DNA from: Deinococcales bacterium
Lineage (GTDB): Bacteria; Deinococcota; Deinococci; Deinococcales; JAAFIG01
NCBI GenBank assembly: GCA_031414595.1
Contig: JANNVX010000072.1
Location: 1 to 60,441, forward strand
Length of the DNA: 60,441 bases
Direction of reading: 5' to 3'
This document shows, piece after piece, positions 17,917-28,345 of this stretch. A program made the translations under genes and the position numbers. The notes under the pieces are model-generated. The model did no database searches, had not been told where the DNA came from, and saw only the letters and a program-made list of their open reading frames with translations. The first letter of the stretch is position 1. The number at the start of each line of letters is the position of its first letter.

Positions 17917-20760
17917 TCAGTCCGCAACCAAGGCTGTCGTTTGAAGCGCGAAACGCACCGCCTCCTCGAGTTTCATGACTTTGCCAGTCTTCCAGTGGGC
18001 TTGAAAACTGCTGTTACCGAGCCGGTTTTTGGTCATGGACATGAAGCGCTGGTTGCGTTCATACCAAAGCATGGTCATGCGCGAGTTGTCCTCGGGCTGG
18101 AAGCGTTCGGCTGCTCCCCACAACTGCGCGGCACGTTTTGGCTGTCCTTGCAGTACCGCCAGGCTGGCAAAGTTCTCGAGCGCATTGCGAATGTTCATGG
18201 TGTTTTTGATTTGCCAACTGTACTTGAGCGATTGTTCTGCCAGTAATCGTGCCATTTCCAGTTCGCCAAGGTCCTGCATCACTGCACTGAGGCTGTCTTG
18301 GGCAACGCTCACCATGTAGAGGTCGGGTAAGTCGTGGGCTATTTGCAGTGATTCCTCGAGATAGGTTTTGGCAGCCTGCAAGTCGCCAAGCAAAAACACC
18401 AGAAAGCCCAAATTGTTCAGCGACTGCCCAATGTCAAAACGCGAACCTAAATGACGATTGAGGCTCAGGCTTTCTTCGAGATACTTGCGCCCGTTGACGT
18501 AATCACCTGTAATAATTGCCAAGTTACCACCAACAATCCAAAGTGCATTGGCAATCAGTTTTGGATTCTCAAGTTTTCGTGCCAAGGACAGACCAGCCTC
18601 ACCGTACTCTTGCATTGCTGTCCAGTTGTATTGCTTTTGAGCCACTAAACTTAGACGCAAATAGGCTTGGACAATCTGCTCGTTGTTCTCAAGGCTTTTG
18701 GCAAGCGCCAGACCTTCTTGTCCAGACTCGAGGGCAAGCGCGACGTATTCACTGTGAAGCGAGGCGATGCGTGAAAGCAAAAGTAAGGCTTCTACCCGTT
18801 CTGGGCTGGCGCTTGCCTCTGGGTGCGACAGTACAGTTCTAAGCCAATGAATGCCTTCAGAGCTATAACCCTGAGATTGCCACAAAGCACCAAGCCGCAA
18901 AGCCAGCTTTAACCCAAACATTGCTTGGTTAGTTTCTTGCGACCAAGCCAAGGCAGCCAGTAGGTTTTCGTACTCGCCTTGGCAACATTTAATTTGGGTT
19001 TGCAAACCATCCAAACTGCTTATTTGAATCAGCCCCAGAAAATACTGCGCGTGCTGGTTGCGGGTTATGGGAAGTTCGCCCAACCCAACCAGCTTTTGGC
19101 TGGCATACTCGAGCAGCAAAGGATGAAAGTCGTACCGTCCTTCGGGTTCTGCCAGACGCAATACCGATTTGCCAACCAGTCCAGACAGCAGCCCCAGATT
19201 GGTGTCCGCCACGCTCGAGGCAGCCAGACGGGTAAACCCACCACGAAAGACTGAAAGTTGAGCCAGAATGCGTTGCTCTTTGGGTTTTAAGAGCTTCCAA
19301 GAATGTTCAAAAACCGCTTCGATACTCTGATGCCGACCCGCAATGTTACGGCTCTTGGTCTCGAGCAAACCAATGTTCTGACCGATTTCTGAGGCAATCT
19401 CTGCCAAGGACAGCGAACCCAACCAGACGGCTGCCAGTTCGATGCCCAAAGGTGAGCCTTCTACAAGGCGGCAAATCTCGAGGACTTGCGGCAAATTCTG
19501 GGGGGTCAGTTCAAAGTCCAGCCGCGCCCGTTTAGCGCGTTGCACAAAAAGCCGAATCGCATCTATATACTCGCTTTCGGCAAAGCTGACGTGGTTAGAA
19601 AAAGGCAAGCCTTGAAGGGGCATGATGTATTCTTCTTCAAGGTTGAGGCGTTCCCGTGATGTGACCACGATTTTTAGATGAGGGCATCCGATTAGGATTT
19701 GGGAAACCAGCAGCGCCGCGTCTATCAGATGCTCAAAGTTATCCAAAACCAACAGCAATTGTTGCTTGCCTATCCCTGCCATAACTGAGGCAAAAGGGTC
19801 TTGCTGAACGGTAATCTGGAGTGTTTGGGCAAGGGTGAGTAAAATCTGGTTGGGTTCAGCTAAAGACTCGAGCGGCACGAAGTACACACCATCAGGAAAA
19901 TTCTGTTCTTGTAACTGTTCGCGTGCCAACTGCAAGGCAAGGCGCGTCTTGCCAATGCCGCCCATGCCCAAGAGCGTAATCAACAGCACTTCGGGTTCGG
20001 AAAGCAACTGCCCCAACTCGAGTAATTCTGGGTCACGCCCAATAAATGAAGTCTTGGCTCGAGGCAAATTGTGCGGCGTACCCCCAGCGATGGTCTCTGA
20101 TTGAGCCGCCGAAACAAAACGTGCTTGGGCTTCGGCTCGAGTTTGGCTAAGCTCGAGACCAAACATTTTGCTTTGCTGCTTGGCTTCGCTACACAGCGAA
20201 CTATCACCCGCCAGCAACAACGGATACAAGCGCTCGAGGTCTTCAGGCGGTAAGTCTTGCTTACCTAGCAAAAAGGCTTTTTGGGCATACTGCACTGATA
20301 TCGAAAACATGCCTTGCTTGGCTTCTCGTTCGGCAGCTTTCAGGTACACACCACGCACCGCTCGAGTCACAAATTCACGGGTGCTGTAGACCCATTCCTC
20401 GAGTTCGGCATTCCAATCGGGCAACGAAAAACCCTGCAAGAACTCGCCTGTGTAAAACGCCTCGAGTTTGTTTGGGTTGCGCTCAGCAATGATGCTTTGC
20501 AACTCGGTCAGGTCATACGCAATTTTGGTGGACACGGTGCGTTCATCTGTCAGCACCAAATCAGGGGCGACTTTGCGAAACTGCCCTAAAGCCATTCGCA
20601 AACTGGTGGCTGGGTCAGATGCACCAGACCAGAACAATTCGTACAAATGGCGTTTTTCCTTACTGCCTTCGATTGCTAAGTACGCCAGCAGCAACAACAG
20701 CTTGGGGCGTGGAAAATCCACGAATTCCAAAGCCAGTTTGCCCAACGTTCTAAGGCGCAT
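17917..20760 (-). CDS. SARP/BTAD-like regulator with NB-ARC (STAND) ATPase and TPRs (AfsR-like architecture)
   Basis: MRLRTLGKL wHTH start, HNLPRAKTSFIGR, GMGGIGKTRLA, LVLDNFEH, VTSRERL, GSPLGIELAA, TPRs; TATAAT-N7-ATG at 20760. Confidence 0.92.
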   Translation of the reverse strand: MRLRTLGKLALEFVDFPRPKLLLLLAYLAIEGSKEKRHLYELFWSGASDPATSLRMALGQFRKVAPDLVLTDERTVSTKIAYDLTELQSIIAERNPNKLEAFYTGEFLQGFSLPDWNAELEEWVYSTREFVTRAVRGVYLKAAEREAKQGMFSISVQYAQKAFLLGKQDLPPEDLERLYPLLLAGDSSLCSEAKQQSKMFGLELSQTRAEAQARFVSAAQSETIAGGTPHNLPRAKTSFIGRDPELLELGQLLSEPEVLLITLLGMGGIGKTRLALQLAREQLQEQNFPDGVYFVPLESLAEPNQILLTLAQTLQITVQQDPFASVMAGIGKQQLLLVLDNFEHLIDAALLVSQILIGCPHLKIVVTSRERLNLEEEYIMPLQGLPFSNHVSFAESEYIDAIRLFVQRAKRARLDFELTPQNLPQVLEICRLVEGSPLGIELAAVWLGSLSLAEIASEIGQNIGLLETKSRNIAGRHQSIEAVFEHSWKLLKPKEQRILAQLSVFRGGFTRLAASSVADTNLGLLSGLVGKSVLRLAEPEGRYDFHPLLLEYASQKLVGLGELPITRNQHAQYFLGLIQISSLDGLQTQIKCCQGEYENLLAALAWSQETNQAMFGLKLALRLGALWQSQGYSSEGIHWLRTVLSHPEASASPERVEALLLLSRIASLHSEYVALALESGQEGLALAKSLENNEQIVQAYLRLSLVAQKQYNWTAMQEYGEAGLSLARKLENPKLIANALWIVGGNLAIITGDYVNGRKYLEESLSLNRHLGSRFDIGQSLNNLGFLVFLLGDLQAAKTYLEESLQIAHDLPDLYMVSVAQDSLSAVMQDLGELEMARLLAEQSLKYSWQIKNTMNIRNALENFASLAVLQGQPKRAAQLWGAAERFQPEDNSRMTMLWYERNQRFMSMTKNRLGNSSFQAHWKTGKVMKLEEAVRFALQTTALVAD

Positions 20761-20779
20761 ACAGCCCATTATAAACGAG

Positions 20780-20812
20780 TTTACGCCCAATTTACGCCCC
20801 TCCTTGTAAGGT
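20780..20812 (+). promoter_or_regulatory. promoter with tandem TTTACGCCC repeat (11-bp period) and -10 TAAGGT
   Basis: Repeats at 20780-20788 and 20791-20799; TAAGGT at 20807-20812; lies between the divergent regulator and lipoprotein genes. Confidence 0.7.
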
Positions 20813-20881
20813 CTGTCCAACTGGCTTGGGTTTGAAAAGCCATTCGCCCCGAATCCTTGGTAGTTCTTTATGGAGGTTTGT

Positions 20882-23557
20882 ATGCAGTTCAACTCGAGTA
20901 TCATCGGCAAAACACTTTTAGCGGGTTTTCTCATGCTCGGTCTGGTGGCTTGTCCCCCAGCCCCAGTCACACCAGATTTTAGTTTAACCTTGGGTGGCGC
21001 GACTGTCACAGTTAAAAAAACCGAATCTGGGACAATGGCGGTTAGCTTAAATAAAACTGGGGGTTTTACGGATTCAGTGGCGCTCAGTCTCGAGGGAACG
21101 CCGACTGGAGTAACCAGCAGCTTTAATCCCGCTTCAACCAGCAGCGCCAGCGCTTTGACTTTGAACGTTGCCGCCAATGCTGCTCTGGGCGAAACAACCC
21201 TGACGGTCAAAGGCATTTCAGGCACACTGACCAAAACCGCGACCTTCAAATTAACCGTGACCGCCGCGCCAGTTACGGGGGATACCACCCCACCCACCGT
21301 GGTCAGTACCACCGCCTCGAGCAACACCAGTGTGACTGTGGTCTTTAGTGAAGCCATTGCAGGCGGTAATTTAGCCACGAATTTTAGTTTTCCATCACAG
21401 GGATTAAACGTATCGGCTGCCAGTCTTGCGGCAGATAACAAAACTGTGACCCTGACCACCTCGGCACAATCCGCAATTTCTTATGCCCTGCTGGTTAGCT
21501 CGAGCCTAACCGATTTGGCGGGTAATGCCTATAATCTGGCACTACAAAATACCACCCAGACTTCATTTCAAGGCACAAACTCGAGCATTACCTCTGTAAC
21601 TGCCAGCACCAACATGACTGTGGTCAGTGGCGGAACGCAAGCCAATTTAAGTGCTGTAGTCGTAGGAACAGGTACGTTTAGCAATGCTGTCACTTGGAGC
21701 ATTAGCAGTGGAGTAGGTTCATTGCTTGCCACGACAGGTTCACCAGTTATTTTTTCAGTTCCCAGCACCGCCCCAAATGGCACAACTGTGGTTCGTGCCA
21801 CCAGCAATCAGGATTCCAGCAAATTTGGCGAAGTGAGCTTGACCATCACAGCCGCCGCCCCGGGTGTGACTGCCGTGACCATCAGTGCCGCTTCCACAAC
21901 CGTCTTACCTGCCACCAACACCATGCTGACTGCCAATGTGACTGGAATAGCCCCGTTTGGCAATGCCGTAACTTGGAGCATTGTCAGTGGTACTGCTGGA
22001 GGTCTTTCCGCAACCACTGGTTCAGAAGTTGACTTTCAGACTCCAGGTTCTGGTTCTATTAACGAAGGTACAGTGGTGATTAAAGCCACCAGCAATGCTG
22101 ACCCCACCAAATTCGGCACGATCACCATGACAGTACAAGCAGCCAGCATCACGGGACTGACCTTGAGCGCCCAAAAAACAGTCTTAAATCCCAGTGGCAC
22201 GACCCAACTCACCGCAACAGTCACCTCGAGCGGCGGTCAATTTCAGTTTAGTTCAGCCGTCAATTGGAAAATCGAAAACGACGGCATTGGAACACTCTCG
22301 AGCGGAGGCAATGGTTCACTGGCGTTTAACTCAGGTACGGACAGTTTGACCAACACCTACACAGCTCCAGCCAGCAGTTTTGGACGGGTGGTACGAATTA
22401 CCGCCTCGAGTGTCCAAGACCCAACCAAGAAACAAACCATTTTCGTTAGTGTTAATCCAAATAAAGCCAGTATCAGTGGTGGTCAACATCATTCCCTAGC
22501 CTTAAAATCAGACAACACCGTTCTTGCTTGGGGAGAAGGTGCTTTTGGGCAACTCGGCACAAGCAACCTCAACAACTCACCCACACCGGTGGCGGTCAGC
22601 GGCGCAAAGAACACCAACATCGTGGCGGTCTCGGCAGGTGGATTTTTTTCGCTGGCACTGAAAAACGATGGCTCGCTCATCAGTTGGGGCGACAATACTT
22701 ACGGACAACTTGGCAATAACCTACAAGGCTTTATTAACTCGACAACCATTCCTGTAGATGTTGGTGTGACCTTCAAATTTACTTCAATTGCTACTGGTAC
22801 AAACCATTCATTGGCATTAGGAGACGATGGCAAGGTCTACAGTTGGGGTGATAATCGCAAAAAACAACTCGGCAACACTGTACCAAACAACACGACACCA
22901 ACCGAAATACCAGGCACAAGCAACACCATCGCAATCGCGGCAGGCACAAATCATTCCTTGGCATTGAAATCCGACGGCACAGTGCTGGCTTGGGGCGATG
23001 ATGAATTTGGGCAACTCGGCGACAATGCTACAAGCGCTAGTTCATTCACACCCGTAACCGTACTAGGCGCGACCAACATTGTCGCCATTGCCGCCGGTCG
23101 GTTTCATTCTTTGGCGCTTAAATCAGACAGCACACTGCTAGCTTGGGGAGGCAATTTTAGCGGCGAAATCGGCGATGGCTCGAGTACCGATAGATTTACG
23201 CCCGTTGCCGTTGGTGGCAGTAACAGCAACAACATCGTGGCAATCGCGGCAGGTCTGAATCATTCTGTGGCACTCAGAAAAGACGGCACGGTGCTAACTT
23301 GGGGTTCGGACGAATTTGGGCAGCTCGGCGATGGAACAGCCCTCGAGGATAAATCCACCCCAGTTGTTATTGGTGGTGCAAGCAACGTTGTGGCTATTGC
23401 CGCAGGTGGATTTCATACTCTGGCACTCAAAGCCGACGGCACAATGCTAAGCTGGGGCAAAGATGACCTTGGGCAACTTGGCAATAATGCGGCACTCGTG
23501 AATCAGGTCTCACCAGTCTCGGTGTTGCTCGGGGCGTTTACCATTCGTTTGCCGTAA
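20882..23557 (+). CDS. large lipoprotein with Ig-like domains and C-terminal RCC1 repeats
   Basis: GGAGG RBS, LVAC lipobox, DTTPP Ig-like domain, repeated AVTWSI domains, HSLALKSDGTVLAWG repeats. Confidence 0.92.
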   Translation: MQFNSSIIGKTLLAGFLMLGLVACPPAPVTPDFSLTLGGATVTVKKTESGTMAVSLNKTGGFTDSVALSLEGTPTGVTSSFNPASTSSASALTLNVAANAALGETTLTVKGISGTLTKTATFKLTVTAAPVTGDTTPPTVVSTTASSNTSVTVVFSEAIAGGNLATNFSFPSQGLNVSAASLAADNKTVTLTTSAQSAISYALLVSSSLTDLAGNAYNLALQNTTQTSFQGTNSSITSVTASTNMTVVSGGTQANLSAVVVGTGTFSNAVTWSISSGVGSLLATTGSPVIFSVPSTAPNGTTVVRATSNQDSSKFGEVSLTITAAAPGVTAVTISAASTTVLPATNTMLTANVTGIAPFGNAVTWSIVSGTAGGLSATTGSEVDFQTPGSGSINEGTVVIKATSNADPTKFGTITMTVQAASITGLTLSAQKTVLNPSGTTQLTATVTSSGGQFQFSSAVNWKIENDGIGTLSSGGNGSLAFNSGTDSLTNTYTAPASSFGRVVRITASSVQDPTKKQTIFVSVNPNKASISGGQHHSLALKSDNTVLAWGEGAFGQLGTSNLNNSPTPVAVSGAKNTNIVAVSAGGFFSLALKNDGSLISWGDNTYGQLGNNLQGFINSTTIPVDVGVTFKFTSIATGTNHSLALGDDGKVYSWGDNRKKQLGNTVPNNTTPTEIPGTSNTIAIAAGTNHSLALKSDGTVLAWGDDEFGQLGDNATSASSFTPVTVLGATNIVAIAAGRFHSLALKSDSTLLAWGGNFSGEIGDGSSTDRFTPVAVGGSNSNNIVAIAAGLNHSVALRKDGTVLTWGSDEFGQLGDGTALEDKSTPVVIGGASNVVAIAAGGFHTLALKADGTMLSWGKDDLGQLGNNAALVNQVSPVSVLLGAFTIRLP

Positions 23558-23582
23558 AATTCAATTGTTCCACGGAGGAAGT

Positions 23583-24263
23583 ATGAATAAATGGTCTGTT
23601 GCAGTTCTGCTCTTGGTCACAACTTTGGTTGCTTGCCCAAGCCCCAATCCCAATCCTAGCCCTACGATTGGTTCTGTGGTGGTCAGTGCCAATCCCACCA
23701 GCATTAACACCAATGCAACCAGTGCCATCAGCGCGGTGGTCAGTGGCACAGGTGCATTTAGTAGCACGGTTACTTGGAGCATTGTCAGTGGTGGTGGTAC
23801 TTTAAGCAATCAAACCTCAACCAGTGCCACTTTTACGGCTGCACCTCAAGCAGGTAGTACCGTGATTAAAGCCACCAGCAGCCAAGACTCGAGTAAATCT
23901 GGAACGGTGACCGTCACAACCGTCCAGCCTTCTGGCGATACCACCGCCCCAAAAATTGCCAGTACAGTTGCTTTAACCAAAACCAGTGTCGAAGTGACCT
24001 TTAACGAAGCCCTTGCTCCTGCTTCGATTTCTGCCGCACAATTTTCGTTTCCTGGTGGTGGTTTAACCGCAACCAACGCCGTATTATCGGCAAGCAATGC
24101 AGCCAAAGTTATTGTGACTACATCTTCACAAACAACCAACACGCCCTATGCGGTCTTGGTCAATAACAACGCCGGTCAGCCTAAAGTGACTGATGTGGCA
24201 GGTAATGCCCATATTTCTGGGGATGGTGTAACAAGTTTCTCGGCTTCGTTTGATGGTTTATAG
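23583..24263 (+). CDS. Ig-like domain lipoprotein
   Basis: GGAGG RBS, LVAC lipobox; domains paralogous to the upstream lipoprotein. Confidence 0.88.
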   Translation: MNKWSVAVLLLVTTLVACPSPNPNPSPTIGSVVVSANPTSINTNATSAISAVVSGTGAFSSTVTWSIVSGGGTLSNQTSTSATFTAAPQAGSTVIKATSSQDSSKSGTVTVTTVQPSGDTTAPKIASTVALTKTSVEVTFNEALAPASISAAQFSFPGGGLTATNAVLSASNAAKVIVTTSSQTTNTPYAVLVNNNAGQPKVTDVAGNAHISGDGVTSFSASFDGL

Positions 24264-24296
24264 AGCCTCTCGGTGTAGTTCCTCGAGCGACCCTGC

Positions 24297-24362
24297 GCGA
24301 ATAGCCCGTTAGGTGCTGTTTTATGAGCAAGAAGCCCGTAAGGTGCATCTTAGGGTCAAGAA
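24297..24362 (+). repeat. two tandem copies of the ~30-nt AGCCCG-AGGTGC-CAAGA repeat
   Basis: AGCCCGTTAGGTGCTGTTTTATGAGCAAGA + AGCCCGTAAGGTGCATCTTAGGGTCAAGA. Confidence 0.7.
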
Positions 24363-24392
24363 GCCACCCCATTTATTAGGGGTGGCTTTTTC
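24361..24392 (+). terminator. intrinsic terminator
   Basis: AAGCCACCCC-loop-GGGGTGGCTT followed by a T run. Confidence 0.85.
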
Positions 24393-24675
24393 TGGCTCGA
24401 GCCACACCACCAAAAACAATCACTTGTTTCGCACCCGTAAAACCTGCCACTCGAGCCGCGATTTGCCGCAGGGTTGGCATATCTGTCGGTAAGCGTCTTG
24501 GCTCTGGGTCATGAATTATTGAAGTGATTTGACTCATGGTCAGTGCCATTCAAGCACTCGAGGCTTATAATTAACGGGCAGCGATGGCGGTATTGATGAC
24601 CACCTTAGCTAAGTTTTCCTAGAGCTAAAAATGCTTGACTATTTTTTAGGGTTCTAAAACCATTACAATACCAAA

Positions 24676-27333
24676 GTGAAAAAAAGTCTTTTAATTGGTT
24701 TGCTGGTCGGTGCGGCTTTACTTCTGCCCCAAGCCGCCGCGCTTGAATTAAAAACCGAGCGCTATACCCTTAAAAATGGTTTAACTGTGATTCTGCACGA
24801 AGATACCCGCAACCCCAATGTCACTGTTAATTTTTTAGTCAAAGTTGGTTCTAAAGACGAACTCGAGCGGCGCAGTGGTTTTGCCCATTTGTTTGAACAC
24901 CTGATGTTTATGGGAACAAAACGGGTCGGGGTCGGGCAGTACGATAAAATCATCGAATCGTATGGCGGTTATAACAATGCCTTTACTGCCCCAGACATGA
25001 CCTTGTACTACTCGAGCGCCCCCGCCAAAGCCCTGCCAACCCTGCTTTGGCTCGAGGCAGACCGACTCGAGGCGTTGGGCGAAAACATTGACCAGAAAAA
25101 ACTTGATTTACAACGGGCAGTGGTCTTAAATGAACGCCGTCAAAGTGTCGAGAACACCCCATATGGCGAAGCAGAAGAAGCCATTAACCAATTGATTTAC
25201 CCGCTTGACCACCCCTATCACCGTGGCACAATTGGTTCACCGTCAGATTTGAACGCCGCAACGGTTGAGGATGTCAAGGCTTTTTTTGCCACCTATTATG
25301 TGCCGAATAACATTTCGTTGTTGGTGGCTGGGAACTTTAAGTCAAGCGAGGTCAAGCCGCAAATCGAAAAACTATTCGCTGGCTTAGCCCGTAAAAACGA
25401 TACGCTTAGAAAGTACGTACCCGCTAAGGTTTCGCTTGGTACAAAGCGCGTGACGTTTGTGGATAGGGTTTCGCAACCTCGGGTCAGCATGGTTTGGCGT
25501 GTGCCAAAAATCGGTTCGGATGATTTTCTTAAACTCGATGTGGTCACCACTGCCCTGCAAAACCGCATTAACGAAGCACTTCTGGATGAAGGAGTTGCCT
25601 CGGATGCTTATATTTATGTCCAAGGCGGCTTACTCGAGTCTCAGATGAATTTCACGGCGTTTCCGGGCGAAGCAGTCAGTGTGGCAACCTTAGAGCAGAA
25701 AATGGATGCGGTGCTGAATGACTTTAATAAAACGGGTATCACATCATCTGAATTAAAGTCGGCAGTGGCTGCCACCGAAAAAACCCTGATTGGCACAATG
25801 CAAAACCTAGTGGATAGGGCGCAAGCCATGAACATAGATTCGTATTATTACAATAATCCAAACTACACCCTGCAAAGTTTGGAGCGTTACAAGAAACTGA
25901 CCACAACTCAAGTGACAGCCTCGAGCCGAGCTTTTTTAGTGCCTAATGATCGCCTGATTCAAACTGTCCTGCCAATGGTTGAAACTTCTGACCCCAGCAC
26001 TCGAGACACCCGCCCAAATGATGCGGGCAGCGTGGCTTTTGCTTTCCCAAAGAATAGCCAGATTAGACTCAGCAACGGTATCAGTGTTTCGTACTGGCAA
26101 TCTGGGCAATTCCCAATGACTTACCTCAATGTCTCGAGTAACCAAGGCACTGGTACAGAAAGCATTGTCGGCAGCACCCAGTTACTAGCAACCATGCTTG
26201 ACAAGGGCAGCAAAACCAAGAATTTTTCGAGGGTCTTAGGCAGTCTAGGCGCAGAAATTAGTGTCATGGCAGATGCTAAACAAACTGTGTTAAGTGCCAA
26301 AACCTTATCGCGTAATCTCGAGCCGAGCTTAGCCTTAATCACCGAGGCGTTAAGCTCGCCTGTACTGACCAAAGACGAATTTGAGAATGAACAAGCCAAC
26401 TTTAATTTTGAACGCGAAGGATTGACCGATGACCCACGGGCTTTATCTTTTGAAATTGCGATGAATGCTTTTCATGGGTCAAATCATCCATTGGGGCGTT
26501 TTGTCAGCCCAAGCCAAGTCAAGAAACTAACTTTAGAACAAATGAAAACCCGCTACAAAGAAGTGATGTATCCAAGCAACCTCAATGTTTTTATGGCTGG
26601 GGATTTAAGTCTCAACCAAGCCAAAGCCATACTCGAGCAAACCCTTGGGGCTTGGAAAGCCAGTGGTGCAGCCAAAGCTGCCCTGCCAATGCCAGCCCCC
26701 GCCCCAAGCAAAGCCAGATTGCTGTTGGTTGACCGCCCAGAATCGCCGCAAACTTTTATTCGTGTTCTGACCCCAAGTGTGGGTTATAACAACGGCAGTT
26801 ACCTCGAGTACAACACCCTCGGCATGGCACTGGGTGGGACGTTTACCAGCCGTTTAATGGCAAACCTACGCGAAGACAAAGGCTACACCTACGGCATTGG
26901 GGCTGGATTTATTTTTGAAAAAACTTACGGCATCCTCAACACCCGCAGCGCGGTCGAAAGCAGTGTGACTGGCGAATCGCTCAAAGAAATCCTCAAAGAA
27001 TTTAGGTTGATTAGCGAAAAAGGCATTTCTGACGAAGAAACCCAGAAAGCCACCCAAAGCCTGCTGAGTGGTTTACTCGAGGGTGTTTCGACCCCAGAAA
27101 GTATTGTTGGCAGTGCTAATCTGCTCAGCACCGAAGGACGCAGTTTTGCAGATTTAAGTATAGAAAGTAATGCCTTAGCCAAAGTCAGTACCGCCAATGT
27201 CAATGCCATTGCCAAAAATGCAGTCCAGCTTAATAATGCCATTTGGGTCTTGGTTGGCGATAAGAAAACCGTACTGCCGCAACTCGAGGGCTTAGGTTTA
27301 CCAAGCCCCGAAGATATTGCCCCAAACCCATAA
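24676..27333 (+). CDS. M16 family zinc protease (pitrilysin/PqqL-like), secreted
   Basis: Signal peptide, inverted zincin HLFEH, LREDKGYTYG in the second half. Confidence 0.95.
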   Translation: MKKSLLIGLLVGAALLLPQAAALELKTERYTLKNGLTVILHEDTRNPNVTVNFLVKVGSKDELERRSGFAHLFEHLMFMGTKRVGVGQYDKIIESYGGYNNAFTAPDMTLYYSSAPAKALPTLLWLEADRLEALGENIDQKKLDLQRAVVLNERRQSVENTPYGEAEEAINQLIYPLDHPYHRGTIGSPSDLNAATVEDVKAFFATYYVPNNISLLVAGNFKSSEVKPQIEKLFAGLARKNDTLRKYVPAKVSLGTKRVTFVDRVSQPRVSMVWRVPKIGSDDFLKLDVVTTALQNRINEALLDEGVASDAYIYVQGGLLESQMNFTAFPGEAVSVATLEQKMDAVLNDFNKTGITSSELKSAVAATEKTLIGTMQNLVDRAQAMNIDSYYYNNPNYTLQSLERYKKLTTTQVTASSRAFLVPNDRLIQTVLPMVETSDPSTRDTRPNDAGSVAFAFPKNSQIRLSNGISVSYWQSGQFPMTYLNVSSNQGTGTESIVGSTQLLATMLDKGSKTKNFSRVLGSLGAEISVMADAKQTVLSAKTLSRNLEPSLALITEALSSPVLTKDEFENEQANFNFEREGLTDDPRALSFEIAMNAFHGSNHPLGRFVSPSQVKKLTLEQMKTRYKEVMYPSNLNVFMAGDLSLNQAKAILEQTLGAWKASGAAKAALPMPAPAPSKARLLLVDRPESPQTFIRVLTPSVGYNNGSYLEYNTLGMALGGTFTSRLMANLREDKGYTYGIGAGFIFEKTYGILNTRSAVESSVTGESLKEILKEFRLISEKGISDEETQKATQSLLSGLLEGVSTPESIVGSANLLSTEGRSFADLSIESNALAKVSTANVNAIAKNAVQLNNAIWVLVGDKKTVLPQLEGLGLPSPEDIAPNP

Positions 27334-27340
27334 ACCAATC

Positions 27341-27628
27341 ATGCAGCAGATTAACCCTTCCCAAATCCCAGATAAGGCAGTCCTCATAGACATCCGTGAT
27401 GACCTCGAGCAAGCCGCCAAACCGCTTGTCTCGAGTTTTCGGGTGCTTGCGATTGCGTTATCTGAACTCGAAGATGGAAACCCAAGCCTACCAAACTGCC
27501 CATTGGTGGTGGTTTGCAGCACCGGACGGCAATCGGAATACGCTGGGGCGCTGCTCGAGGCATTGGGGGCAAGTGATGTGCTGATTCTAGAGGGTGGTTT
27601 CAAAGCCTTAACGCCACCGCCCAATTAA
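27341..27628 (+). CDS. rhodanese-like protein
   Basis: LIDIR, VVCSTGRQS, LEGGF. Confidence 0.85.
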   Translation: MQQINPSQIPDKAVLIDIRDDLEQAAKPLVSSFRVLAIALSELEDGNPSLPNCPLVVVCSTGRQSEYAGALLEALGASDVLILEGGFKALTPPPN

Positions 27629-27646
27629 ACTTGTTAGAGTAAGCCA

Positions 27647-28345
27647 ATGTACCGAATTCAAATTGATCCAGCTATTTTACAAACTTTTTCACAGTATTCA
27701 TTGATGGTGATTTACGCTAAAGGTTTACATAACTTACCAAGCCAACCCTGGAGTACCGAAATTCTTAGGCAAGCCGAAAATACCCAGCGCCTTGTTATAG
27801 AAAAACCTGCCGAGCATCCGCATATTGCCGCATGGCGCTCTGCCTATGCAGAATTTGGCTTAAAACCCTCTAAATTTCTTTGTTCTGCCGAAGCCTTGCT
27901 GTCTCGAGTCGTCAAAGGGCAGGATTTACCAAATATCAATACCTTGGTTGATTTGTATAACGCCGTCAGTATCGCTTCGGTGCTGCCAATCGGCGGCGAG
28001 GACTGGGATAAACTCGAGGCGGATTTGGTACTGCGTTTTGCAGATGGTACAGAAAGTTTTGATACTTTCAAAGATGGTCAGGCTGTTCTCGAGAACCCAC
28101 AACAAGGCGAGGTCATCTGGGCAGATAAAAACCGTGTCACTTGCCGCGCTTGGAATTGGCGACAAGGGATTCGTACCCGTCTGACTTCAAATTCGGTCAA
28201 TGCCTATTTTATTCTTGACCACCTAGCCCCGTATCCGCTCGAGCATTTACACACGGCTGGCAATCAACTGATTGAATACTTAAAACAAGTTGCGCCAAAT
28301 TGTGAAATCGAAACCGAATTTTTCGGAGCAGCCAAACCGATATGA
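27647..28345 (+). CDS. B3/B4 domain protein (tRNA-editing-like)
   Basis: AWRSAY, CSAEALLSRV, INTLVDLYNAVS, WNWRQ. Confidence 0.9.
   Translation: MYRIQIDPAILQTFSQYSLMVIYAKGLHNLPSQPWSTEILRQAENTQRLVIEKPAEHPHIAAWRSAYAEFGLKPSKFLCSAEALLSRVVKGQDLPNINTLVDLYNAVSIASVLPIGGEDWDKLEADLVLRFADGTESFDTFKDGQAVLENPQQGEVIWADKNRVTCRAWNWRQGIRTRLTSNSVNAYFILDHLAPYPLEHLHTAGNQLIEYLKQVAPNCEIETEFFGAAKPI

Noticed and set aside
20761-21459. N-terminal 233 aa of the 1180-aa ORF
   Set aside because: Antisense shadow of the lipoprotein gene plus intergenic DNA; the regulator starts at MRLRTLG (20760) after TATAAT.
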